The notes under the pieces are model-generated. The model did no database searches. It saw nothing but the letters and a program-made list of their open reading frames with translations, and was not told the origin of the DNA. The position numbers were made by a program, and so were the translations under genes. 64,000 bases of DNA from a virus (lineage: Duplodnaviria; Heunggongvirae; Uroviricota; Caudoviricetes), in IMG/VR virus record IMGVR_UViG_2850808358_000005, one strand, 5' to 3'. Shown here piece after piece: positions 20,925 to 29,692 of the stretch (position 1 is its first letter; every line of letters starts with the position of its first letter).

Positions 20925-21707
20925 TTACCCCCTGAAGCCTGGCGGGATCGCACTGTCCGGCAACGAGACGGTGTTAACCTGTCGGAGCAACGTCTCAGGC
21001 CGAACACCTTTCGGCGCGAACAGGCCCTGGTATTCATTGGCGATGCTGTGTCGAATCACCTGCTCAGGTGTAAAACCCTGCTGACGGAATTTTTCCAGTT
21101 CCCGTATCGCCCCGTTAGCGCCCTGCTCCGTTCGAATCGGTTTTCGCAATGCCTGTCTGAACCGGACCCACTCATGCCAGAGTGTTTCCGGCAACCAATC
21201 GGGCAGCTCAATAGCCTCCGGCTCGAATTTTTTAGACGCTCGTTTTTGGCGAGGGGGATTTAGGGGGAGATCAGTATTTAGATCTTCCTCTTCCTCTGGT
21301 AACGCTTTTTGATCCGTTTGTGTAACGCTGGCAGCGTTACCTTTTCGTTTCAGTTCGCGTATTTTTGTTACTCGCTCGTTTGTAACCGCCCGTTTTTTAG
21401 AGCTTTTTCCGTTATGACGTTCAAAGTTAGGTAGAGAAAGCCCACCGTCATTTTCGACCAGCCATCCAACCTGAATTAACGCATCAGCAAAACCAGACAT
21501 AAAAGTGATGCGATCTATTGCACTTTTTGTAACGCCGCGAGCGTTACAATCTGCATTACCGTCTATCATTTGTTGATCCGCCCATGCCCAGAAGCGAATA
21601 ACCTTCCCTAATGCGGCATCTGGATCAATATTCAGAATCTCAGCAAGCCTGAATATTTCCGGCTTATCCGGCGTAATAACCTCGAGCTTTATCCAGTTTG
21701 AAGCCAT
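20925..21707 (-). CDS. replication initiation / primosomal protein (YdaU / O-like)
   Basis: 260-aa ORF upstream of the DnaC-like gene; contains palindromic TGTAACGC-N5-GCGTTACA motifs in its coding region. Confidence 0.55.
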   Translation of the reverse strand: MASNWIKLEVITPDKPEIFRLAEILNIDPDAALGKVIRFWAWADQQMIDGNADCNARGVTKSAIDRITFMSGFADALIQVGWLVENDGGLSLPNFERHNGKSSKKRAVTNERVTKIRELKRKGNAASVTQTDQKALPEEEEDLNTDLPLNPPRQKRASKKFEPEAIELPDWLPETLWHEWVRFRQALRKPIRTEQGANGAIRELEKFRQQGFTPEQVIRHSIANEYQGLFAPKGVRPETLLRQVNTVSLPDSAIPPGFRG

Positions 21708-21784
21708 TTGTTTTCACCTTGTAACGCTCGCAGCGTTACATTTAACTGATACCGAACAAAACAATCCGGCACGATTAATTTCAA

Positions 21785-22207
21785 TCAATGCACTACGACA
21801 GAATCGCCGGGCGACCCACCACCGCTGAAATGTGCTTTCCGGTAAACGGCCTGGACAGCATCATCATGCGCATCAATTGCCGTACTCAACGCTTCCTGCG
21901 CCGCCAGTAATGCACGGCGTTCCAGGGTATCGAAGATACAGAGTCGGTGACGCAGCTCACGCGGAAGAATTGCCAGAACCGCAGGGATCAGTTTCTGAAT
22001 TTTTTCCCTTTGCGCTTTCGTTTCACCTTTCAACCAACGGTGATAGATATTCTGCTGATTGTTCCAGTCCTTGCCTGGTACCAGAGACAATTCGCCGCCC
22101 CCCTGCCGCAGATATTCTTCAGTAATTGCGTTAGCGACCCACGCCTGCCCTTTTTCGGCTGCCAGGGCTAACAACACTGATTCGATGTGCTCATGCCTGA
22201 TTTTCAT
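21785..22207 (-). CDS. YdaT-like protein (CII-position regulator)
   Basis: MKIRHEHIESVLLALAAEKGQAWVANAITEEYLRQGGGEL... closely matches my recollection of Rac YdaT. Confidence 0.6.
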   Translation of the reverse strand: MKIRHEHIESVLLALAAEKGQAWVANAITEEYLRQGGGELSLVPGKDWNNQQNIYHRWLKGETKAQREKIQKLIPAVLAILPRELRHRLCIFDTLERRALLAAQEALSTAIDAHDDAVQAVYRKAHFSGGGSPGDSVVVH

Positions 22208-22466
22208 GAATCATCCCCCGTGAATTTTGTGTGCTAGCCTTACATCCAACAGGTAAACCGTCGGTTGGGTTGGGGTACAAATCTGGCCGCAACTCATGAG
22301 GAGTAACCCCAGTTGCAAGGTAAATTTGGCGAACTCGTTCTCCTGTCGGCACTCGACCATGGTATTCATTTACCCATTTGTGTATTTGGGACGGCCAGGC
22401 CCCTATTGCGCGCCCTAACGGGCGAATACCACCAGCAATCTTTATTGCTTTATCCAAAGCAGTCAT
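22191..22466 (-). CDS. Cro-like HTH regulator (YdaS-like)
   Basis: Divergent from the repressor gene; HTH-like; start at internal Met MTALDK to leave a 104-bp operator region. Confidence 0.55.
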   Translation of the reverse strand: MTALDKAIKIAGGIRPLGRAIGAWPSQIHKWVNEYHGRVPTGERVRQIYLATGVTPHELRPDLYPNPTDGLPVGCKASTQNSRGMIHENQA

Positions 22467-22570
22467 ACAATCCTCCACTTCAATCAAACACAACAATTGT
22501 TCACTTAAAAAGAACATAAGTCAACACCCTGAGAAATTGTTAGTGTTCACTGAACGGTTATAATTGCCAA
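22467..22570. promoter_or_regulatory. divergent immunity promoter/operator region
   Basis: Palindromes TGTTCACTTAAAAAGAACA (22498..22516) and GTTCACTGAAC (22545..22555); TATAAT at 22559..22564 only 6 nt before the repressor ATG (leaderless-like). Confidence 0.45.
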
Positions 22571-22960
22571 ATGGACATGAGAAAAAAGCAATACGACACC
22601 CCGCTGGCAGAAAGGTTAGATACGATCTCGCAACAGCATCACTTAAGCGGTTCAGATTTAGCGCGTATCGCTGGTGTAGGTCGCTCATCAGTTAACGCAT
22701 GGAAAAAAAGAGGAACAATCAGTAAAGATTCCGCGGCAAAAATTGCAGAAGCTACAAACGTATCCCTTTCCTGGTTGCTGACAGGAAAAGAAGATAGCAA
22801 TAGAGAGACACTTGATGATGATGAGAAAGCCCTGCTTGATGTTTACAGAAATCTGCCACCTGTAGAACGCAGAAATATGCTTGCAGCTTTTCAAATGCGA
22901 CTTCAAAAACTGACTGAATTTTATTCAGAATACGTTGACCCAGCAACGCGTCAAAAATAA
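22571..22960 (+). CDS. cI-like prophage repressor (XRE-family HTH, RacR-like)
   Basis: HTH motif LSGSDLARIAGVGRSSVNAWKK; divergently arranged with the cro-like gene. Confidence 0.6.
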   Translation: MDMRKKQYDTPLAERLDTISQQHHLSGSDLARIAGVGRSSVNAWKKRGTISKDSAAKIAEATNVSLSWLLTGKEDSNRETLDDDEKALLDVYRNLPPVERRNMLAAFQMRLQKLTEFYSEYVDPATRQK

Positions 22961-22982
22961 TTCTTTATTTTACAAAACAATA

Positions 22983-23004
22983 CCGCCGAAAGGCGGTTTT
23001 TTTT
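22983..23004 (+). terminator. rho-independent terminator after the repressor gene
   Basis: CCGCCGAAAGGCGG followed by TTTTTTTT. Confidence 0.6.
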
Positions 23005-23127
23005 GCCTTTTATGAATTCATAATGTTGACATATGTTCATTTAAAGAGAACAATGTATTCCATCAAAGCACAACGGTGCGACAGGTTTTAGTTCCGCCAC
23101 CCGGCGTTAAGGGGAAATGAGGTCAGC

Positions 23128-23283
23128 ATGGATACTATCGATCTTGGCAACAACGAATCCCTGGTGTGTGGCGTGTTTCCCAACCAGGACGGCACGTTCA
23201 CCGCGATGACGTATACCAAAAGCAAAACGTTTAAAACCGAATCTGGCGCGCGTCGCTGGCTGGAAAGAAACTCAGGTGAGTAA
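23128..23283 (+). CDS. YdaF-like small protein (DUF1391)
   Basis: 51-aa ORF MDTIDLGNNESLVCGVFPNQDGTFTAMTYTKSK...; good RBS (AAGGGGAAATGAGG); below the ORF-track size cutoff. Confidence 0.5.
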   Translation: MDTIDLGNNESLVCGVFPNQDGTFTAMTYTKSKTFKTESGARRWLERNSGE

Positions 23284-23284
23284 T

Positions 23285-23413
23285 ATGGATTTCGACACAA
23301 TCATGAAAAAGGCTTACGAAGAATACTTCGAAGGCCTTGCCGAAGGCGAAGAAGCTCTCAGCTTCAGTGAGTTTAAACAGGCGCTTTCCAGTTCGGCAAA
23401 ATCTAACGGCTGA
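23285..23413 (+). CDS. YdaG-like small protein
   Basis: 42-aa ORF MDFDTIMKKAYEEYFEGLAEGEEALSFSEFKQ...; starts 2 nt after the previous stop. Confidence 0.35.
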   Translation: MDFDTIMKKAYEEYFEGLAEGEEALSFSEFKQALSSSAKSNG

Positions 23414-23442
23414 TAAGCGAAACAGCACCGCGAGGAATCGGT

Positions 23443-23661
23443 ATGCAGAAACGTGACCCCGTCATCATCGCGCCAGACTATACCGATGATGAACTTTATG
23501 AGTGGATGCACCAGAAAATTCAGGCTGCGCAGGACCTGAAGTGGGCCAATGAAGCCCGGGCTAAGGAGGCCGAAAATCTGTCCGCTCAGGAGCAGGATAT
23601 CACCAGGCTGGAAAAAGCAGCGGCATTAAGCATTGCCAGAATGATTACATACCAGCGTTAA
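23443..23661 (+). CDS. hypothetical small protein
   Basis: 72-aa ORF with coiled-coil-like C-terminus. Confidence 0.3.
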   Translation: MQKRDPVIIAPDYTDDELYEWMHQKIQAAQDLKWANEARAKEAENLSAQEQDITRLEKAAALSIARMITYQR

Positions 23662-23779
23662 TGGCTAACCAACGAAGCCAAGGTTGGTAATTAAGGAGTT
23701 CTCCACGGGTGAGGTGGAGTGCGTGCGCCGGACACGGGTGAGTATCCGGCATGTTCTTTAAAAATCTGAATACCTTGAC

Positions 23780-24250
23780 TCAAAAATCATTATTGAAATT
23801 GTAGTCCATGAGATACTCATTTTTACAGGAGGGACATTGAGTTTTCGTATATTTATCGCCTTCCTCGATAGGGAAAGGTTGCAATATAGATATTGCTCTC
23901 TTCGCAAAACATTCTGGACAAAAATACATGGTAATCTTGCCAGAGCTAGTATTGCACTGTCTGGCATACACAATCGTTCCAGTAATCAATTGGCGAGGTT
24001 CGCAGTCTTCACTTTGGAACTTAAACTTTTCTATCTCCGTGAGTTTTGCTTTGAGCGCAGCCTCATTGCTTTTAGAGATTGTCAGCTCATCAATGAGAGA
24101 CAAATATTCAAGCTGAATGCTTGACAACTTAGAGTTTATTTCAGACACAGCGCGATCAACCTCAGCCTGAGTTTTTGCTTCATTGAATAATTTTAACATT
24201 GATGCAGTCTCTTTGAGAGCTGACATCGCTAATGATAGATCAAACATCAC
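23780..24250 (-). CDS. hypothetical coiled-coil protein with C-terminal zinc-ribbon (CPEC...CPSC)
   Basis: 156-aa ORF in an AT-rich block on the strand opposite the early-left operon. Confidence 0.4.
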   Translation of the reverse strand: MMFDLSLAMSALKETASMLKLFNEAKTQAEVDRAVSEINSKLSSIQLEYLSLIDELTISKSNEAALKAKLTEIEKFKFQSEDCEPRQLITGTIVYARQCNTSSGKITMYFCPECFAKRAISILQPFPIEEGDKYTKTQCPSCKNEYLMDYNFNNDF

Positions 24251-25011
24251 TTGCTCACTCTTCTTATTGTTGGGGTATTCAGATTATACAAATTTCTTGT
24301 TGTTGGGGAATAACAGGAACCACCTCGCCTGACGTGGTTAAAAGCAGGCACACAACACGAAAGCGCACGGCGAGGTAGCTGGTCATAGATAGCCTGTCGT
24401 TAAATTTTCGCCGACCGTGCGCTTCCGGTTGTGGCAATCCGCGAAATGGCGCGGCGGTAAGTATGGCGGGGTTTCTCCGTTCCTCGCAAATGTCCACCGG
24501 GTTGTCAGGTTGACCATACGATTAAGTGACAACCCGCCACAACATCTCCAGATTGAGTTGTTGGCGATGAAACTTTTGGCGGCATCAGTTTTGCTCTGCC
24601 GCCCTTTTTAAAGTGAATTTTGTGATGCGGTGAATGCGGCTGAGCGCACGCGGAACAGTTAAAACAGTAAGGAAAATCCCTTATTCCGGCGTTAATTGTT
24701 AACTGGTTAACGTCACCTGGAGGCACCAGGCACCGCATCAACAAAATTTATTTAATTAATTATGCGCGAATTAACCGTTATTCGTGCAGGGGATTTCCAC
24801 ACCTGAAATCCGCCGCTCTTTAACAATATGAACCGGGCTGTCACGTAAACCACAATTCGGGGTGCCGCCGAATGCCCTGATATATCCGCAGAACCGGAAC
24901 GCAGGGTCGGGATGTGACTTTTTGAACAAACCAAACTGGCGGCTTCCGCCACTTGCGAGAAAACTAAATTCAGACTAAATTATAACTCCCAATGAAAAAA
25001 GGAACACCCAT

Positions 25012-25245
25012 ATGAAAATAGAAACTATCAGCTACATCAAGAAAAACGCAGCCTCACTGGACCTGGCGGAACCCATTCTTGTCACGCAGAATGGTGTTCC
25101 TGCATACGTAATTGAATCCTATGAGCAGCAACAGGAACGCGAGAACGCTATTGCGTTACTGAAACTTCTCACTATTTCAGAAAACGACAAGTCTGAAGGT
25201 CGCGTGTTTTCAAAAGCACAGTTGCTGGATAGCTTTAACAACTAA
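25012..25245 (+). CDS. Phd/YefM-family antitoxin (putative)
   Basis: 77-aa protein with the family N-terminal pattern (ISYIKKNAASLDLAEPILVTQNGVPAYVIESYE); 8-nt gap to the toxin gene. Confidence 0.55.
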   Translation: MKIETISYIKKNAASLDLAEPILVTQNGVPAYVIESYEQQQERENAIALLKLLTISENDKSEGRVFSKAQLLDSFNN

Positions 25246-25253
25246 GGTTAACT

Positions 25254-25574
25254 ATGCAGGTTGAATACACACTTACCGCCAGAACAAGCCTTGAGCAAAT
25301 TGCCGACCATCTCCGGAGTAACGACATTGACCCACGCCCTGTAATAGCAGAAATTCTTGAGCGATTTGAAACAAGAGTTACTGCATTCCCGTCCGGATGT
25401 CAGTTATGCCCGGAGTTGCTCAAGCTTGGCGTGGCTAAATACAGAGAGTGCAACACACCAGAAGGCTACAGAGTGCTGTACTCTGTCGAGGAGGATATTA
25501 TCACTGCACACGTGATTCTTTCCCAACGTCAGGATATTAAACAGTTACTGTTCAGACGATTGATCAGAGTTTAG
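25254..25574 (+). CDS. RelE/ParE-family toxin (putative)
   Basis: 106-aa protein with C-terminal EGYRVLYSVEEDIITAHVILSQRQD typical of the RelE/ParE fold; terminator follows. Confidence 0.5.
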   Translation: MQVEYTLTARTSLEQIADHLRSNDIDPRPVIAEILERFETRVTAFPSGCQLCPELLKLGVAKYRECNTPEGYRVLYSVEEDIITAHVILSQRQDIKQLLFRRLIRV

Positions 25575-25594
25575 CAATTACACATTTAGTAGCG

Positions 25595-25624
25595 CCCCTG
25601 TCCCCACCAGTTCAGGGGTTTTTG
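25595..25624 (+). terminator. rho-independent terminator after the toxin-antitoxin pair
   Basis: CCCCTG...CAGGGG stem followed by a T-run. Confidence 0.5.
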
Positions 25625-25893
25625 CTTTCTGATATCCGGGATATTGACAAAGCAACCTGCATTGTTGCAAGATGATCGCACTAGAAACAGTTAAGCGGTC
25701 ATCCGCACCCGATAGCCTTGCGGCTTTTTTATGCCTGAAATACGGCACATCCGTACAAAGATCGGGTGGAGAGGCGTAATACAATACCCGTAAGGGGAAT
25801 ATGCCCGGAGCTTCTTAACTGGCTCTAGTTGACACCCGATCACCAGCTACTAACTGGTAATCGCAGACTAAAACAGTTAAGGAGGCCACTAAA

Positions 25894-26448
25894 ATGGCTA
25901 CTATCCCTGCCCTTTCTCACCCTGACGTAACCATCGAAAATGGTCGCGCTGTCACTACGTCTGTTGCTATTGCGGAGTTCTTCGGCAAACGCCACGAACG
26001 TGTGCTGGATAAAATTCGCAATTTAGACTGCTCATCAAATTTTAACGAACACAATTTTGTGTCGGTCACCTACACCGACACCAAAGGCGAAAAACGCCCA
26101 ATGTACCAAATCACCAAAAACGGCTTCGTTTTCCTGGTGATGGGCTTCACTGGCAAAAAAGCCGCCGCATTCAAAGAAGCCTACATTGCTGAGTTCGACC
26201 GCATGGAGGCCGAACTGCGCCAGAATAATACCCTGCCCGCTGACAAAATTATCCCGGGAGATGGCCGTACTCTCGTTGTTCACTTCGACGAACACGGCAA
26301 CATCAGATTCACCGAAACCGTTCCTGACGGTGCAATGGTCTGTACCCTGGATACTTTCCAGTTTTATCTGGAAAAACAGGGGTGGGCTCTTGTAAACCGG
26401 AGCGCAATTAAAAACATGACCGTAGAGCAGTTGCTTTCCTTAAAATAA
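25894..26448 (+). CDS. Rha-family phage regulatory protein
   Basis: N-terminal Rha-like domain (HPDVTIENGRAVTTSVAIAEFFGKRHERVLDKIRNL). Confidence 0.6.
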   Translation: MATIPALSHPDVTIENGRAVTTSVAIAEFFGKRHERVLDKIRNLDCSSNFNEHNFVSVTYTDTKGEKRPMYQITKNGFVFLVMGFTGKKAAAFKEAYIAEFDRMEAELRQNNTLPADKIIPGDGRTLVVHFDEHGNIRFTETVPDGAMVCTLDTFQFYLEKQGWALVNRSAIKNMTVEQLLSLK

Positions 26449-26458
26449 AAATGGAGCT

Positions 26459-26746
26459 ATGGATATGAACCCCATGCTTGATTATTGTTTTACACCTGCC
26501 CTCAGGCAGACCATCAGTCATACCGGGATTAAAAAATGGCTGTGGAGAATCAGAAAAATTCTCCAGCAAAAAGGTGACCCGGATTTAATACAATGTGATT
26601 ACCATCTCTGCAATAAACAGTTTTTACCTGAAAAAGCTTTTACTGGCGAGCTTATTTATATGCATGGAAACATGATTGCCAGAAAGAAACGAAAATATTG
26701 CAGTGCAGCTTGTGCCGAAAAAGACAAGATGGCACACGAACTTTAA
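26459..26746 (+). CDS. hypothetical Cys/His-rich small protein
   Basis: 95 aa; CDYHLCNK and YCSAAC motifs; AT-rich. Confidence 0.3.
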   Translation: MDMNPMLDYCFTPALRQTISHTGIKKWLWRIRKILQQKGDPDLIQCDYHLCNKQFLPEKAFTGELIYMHGNMIARKKRKYCSAACAEKDKMAHEL

Positions 26747-26772
26747 TTAACTGAATATTCGAAACTGAATTT

Positions 26773-27117
26773 ATGCCAGCAATGGCAGGGATTCACTCAA
26801 CCTTAAAAAAGGAAACAGCAATGAGCATTATTGAATGTGAAATTGAACTTGATGTTATTAACGATTCTCTCGCCGAATTTAAATGTGGGAATACATTACA
26901 TAGTTTCATTCAGATTTCCCAAAAAGAAAACGTCACGGTAATTATTGATGACGGTTACGTTCTGGGAACATTTGATTGTTGTGTATGTGCCATTAAAGAA
27001 ATTGCATTACTCACAGCTCGCATTGAAGAGGCTGACAAGAAATACGGTATCAGTTATCAACGACTGAAAGAACTCTCTCATATCGCATCATCAGTTCGTT
27101 TCTTTTATGCAATCTGA
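26773..27117 (+). CDS. hypothetical protein
   Basis: 114 aa; contains FDCCVC; AT-rich; start may be the internal Met MSIIECE. Confidence 0.3.
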   Translation: MPAMAGIHSTLKKETAMSIIECEIELDVINDSLAEFKCGNTLHSFIQISQKENVTVIIDDGYVLGTFDCCVCAIKEIALLTARIEEADKKYGISYQRLKELSHIASSVRFFYAI

Positions 27118-27140
27118 ATATGAGTTGAGGTTAAAAAACA

Positions 27141-29009
27141 ATGAGCACCGATAAACAAGTTTACCCACTGTATTACGAAGCAAAAAATGACAAAGTAAGA
27201 AAACGCCTCGGTATTAAAGGCGGTTTTTACTGGGCTGAAGCGAAAAAATTATCCATTGCCATCTCCCGTGGTGCTGTTGCGATTGACGATGCTGGCTACG
27301 ATGAAGATGACTTTAAAAAACCTGTTCGCGTCAATTTGCCCGTTGTTGATGACCTCCCACCAGAAGGCGTGTTTGATACGGAATTCTGCAACCGTTACGA
27401 AAAAGGCGGGGAAGATGGCATCACAATGGTATTTATCGCATCTTCTCCCTCTGTTCAGGACAAACCAGCCAGCACTGACAATACCAACGTCAACGGCGAA
27501 GACATGACAGAAATTGAGGAGAACATGCTCCTGCCAGTTTCCGGTCAGGAACTGCCCATTCGTTGGCTTGCGCAACACGGCAGCGAAAAACCGGTAACGC
27601 ACGTTTCACGCGACGAACTCCAGGCATTACACATTGCTCGGGATGAAGAACTACCGGCTGTTACTGCTCTGGCTGTTTCGCATAAAACCAGTCTGCTCGA
27701 CCCGCTGGAGATTCGCGACCTCCACAAACTCGTGCGTGATACTGACAAAGTTTTCCCTAATCCTGGCAATTCAAATCTGGGACTGATGACTGCTTTTTTC
27801 GAAGCATATCTGGATGCCAACTACACCGATCGCGGTCTGCTGACAAAAGAGTGGATGAAAGGAAATCGTGTTTCGCGTATCACTCGCACGGCTTCCGGTG
27901 CTAATGCTGGCGGCGGGAACCTCACCGATCGCGGCGAAGGTTTCGTTCACGATCTGACGTCACTGGCGCGCGACGTAGCCACTGGCGTACTGGCTCGTTC
28001 AATGGACGTGGACATTTATAACCTTCATCCGGCACACGCTAAACGTGTCGAGGAAATTATCGCTGAAAATAAACCGCCCTTTTCTGTTTTCCGCGACAAA
28101 TTCATCACCATGCCTGGCGGGATGGATTATTCCCGCGCCATCGTGGTTGCGTCAGTGAAAGAAGCACCGATTGGTATCGAGGTCATCCCCGCGCACGTCA
28201 CTGAATATCTGAACAAGGTACTGACTGAAACCGATCATGCCAACCCTGATCCGGAAATCGTGGATATTGCCTGCGGTCGCTCCTCTGCCCCGATGCCGCA
28301 ACGTGTAACAGAAGAAGGAAAACAGGATGCAACTGAACATCATCAGGACACGCAGCCGCTGGATGCTCAGTCACAGGTAAATGCTGTTGATGCGAAATAT
28401 CAGAAACTGCGGACAGAACTCCATGAAGCCCGGAAAAACATTCCGCCCAAAAATCCTGTCGATGCAGACAAATTACTGGCTGCCTCTCGCGGAGAATTTG
28501 TTGAAGGGATTAGCGACCCGAATGATTCGAAATGGATTCCCGGTCATCATATCTCCTCAAATGAAGTCAAAAAAACGGAAAATGAAGTGCGACAGACTGA
28601 AGATAAACAGCACCAGAACAGCGAACCGGAGGAGGGAACACCCTGCAATCTGACTGGCGAGGATAACTGCCCTGACTGTGGCGCGGTGATGGGAGACGCA
28701 ACTTATCAGGAAACTTTTGACGAAAAAAAACCAGATGAAGCACAGGAAGAAGAGCCGAAGAAAACGGAAAAAGCTGATGATTTGTTACCGGAGAACGCTG
28801 GCAGCGATCAGCATAATGATAGCAATAATGAAACTGGCGAAGATGAACTCAACTGGAAAAGACAGGTGTTGATTGCGGCGGTTTACGGTTTATGTGCGAA
28901 TCCTGCGTGCATAGCCTATGCGCCTGCAATCCCTGACATCGCAATGATGATTGCCAACAAGCTTGAAAATTTTGGAGTGACCAGTGATGAGCGCTTACCC
29001 GATTTTTGA
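27141..29009 (+). CDS. RecE-like protein (resembles the N-terminal region of exodeoxyribonuclease VIII; C-terminal nuclease domain not evident)
   Basis: 622 aa; Rac-like context; acidic low-complexity tail with a [10 protein letters not shown] motif; family call from memory. Confidence 0.4.
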   Translation: MSTDKQVYPLYYEAKNDKVRKRLGIKGGFYWAEAKKLSIAISRGAVAIDDAGYDEDDFKKPVRVNLPVVDDLPPEGVFDTEFCNRYEKGGEDGITMVFIASSPSVQDKPASTDNTNVNGEDMTEIEENMLLPVSGQELPIRWLAQHGSEKPVTHVSRDELQALHIARDEELPAVTALAVSHKTSLLDPLEIRDLHKLVRDTDKVFPNPGNSNLGLMTAFFEAYLDANYTDRGLLTKEWMKGNRVSRITRTASGANAGGGNLTDRGEGFVHDLTSLARDVATGVLARSMDVDIYNLHPAHAKRVEEIIAENKPPFSVFRDKFITMPGGMDYSRAIVVASVKEAPIGIEVIPAHVTEYLNKVLTETDHANPDPEIVDIACGRSSAPMPQRVTEEGKQDATEHHQDTQPLDAQSQVNAVDAKYQKLRTELHEARKNIPPKNPVDADKLLAASRGEFVEGISDPNDSKWIPGHHISSNEVKKTENEVRQTEDKQHQNSEPEEGTPCNLTGEDNCPDCGAVMGDATYQETFDEKKPDEAQEEEPKKTEKADDLLPENAGSDQHNDSNNETGEDELNWKRQVLIAAVYGLCANPACIAYAPAIPDIAMMIANKLENFGVTSDERLPDF

Positions 29010-29283
29010 TCGTATTGAAGAAATGGCATGGGCTCGTCACTACCAGCAGATCGTTCGTGAAGAAAAAGAAACGGAACTGGCGGACGACCTGGAAAAAGGT
29101 CTGCCTCAGCACCTGTTTGAATCGCTCTGCATCGACCATTTGCAACGCCACGGTGCCAATAAACAGGCAATCAGCCACGCATTTGATGATGATGTTGAGT
29201 TTCAGGAGCGCATGGCAGAACACATCCGGTACATGGCTGAAACCATTGCCCACCACCAGGTTGATATTGATTTGGAGGACTAA
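28984..29283 (+). CDS. hypothetical protein
   Basis: 99-aa ORF overlapping the RecE-like stop. Confidence 0.3.
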   Translation: MMSAYPIFDRIEEMAWARHYQQIVREEKETELADDLEKGLPQHLFESLCIDHLQRHGANKQAISHAFDDDVEFQERMAEHIRYMAETIAHHQVDIDLED

Positions 29284-29692
29284 AATCTATGGCGCTTTTT
29301 CAACGAGCAATAAACACACAGGCCTATCTAAAAGCAGGAATTATGGGGTTTGCTGGCGACGGCAAAACCTACACAGCAAGCGAACTGGCTATTGGTCTGG
29401 TAATGCTTATGCGGCAACGGGGAATTGAAGCTGGTAACCGCCCGGTAATGTTTCTGGACACAGAAACAGGCTCTGACTGGGTTAAACCCCGCTTTGATGC
29501 GGAAAATATCGAATTATTTACGGCAAAAACCCGCTCGTTTGTTGATCTGCTTGAAGCCATTAATGAAGCGGAAAGCAGCGGTTCCGTAATGATCATCGAC
29601 TCCATCAGTCACTTCTGGACCGGATTATGCGACGAGTATGCCAGACGCCGAAACCGTAAACGAGGACTGGAATTTTCAGACTGGGCGTGGCT

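Noticed and set aside
24290-25010. Retron (msr/msd plus reverse transcriptase) in the structured non-coding stretch
   Set aside because: There are inverted repeats but no reverse transcriptase ORF nearby, and the flanking genes are a toxin-antitoxin pair and an unrelated small ORF.
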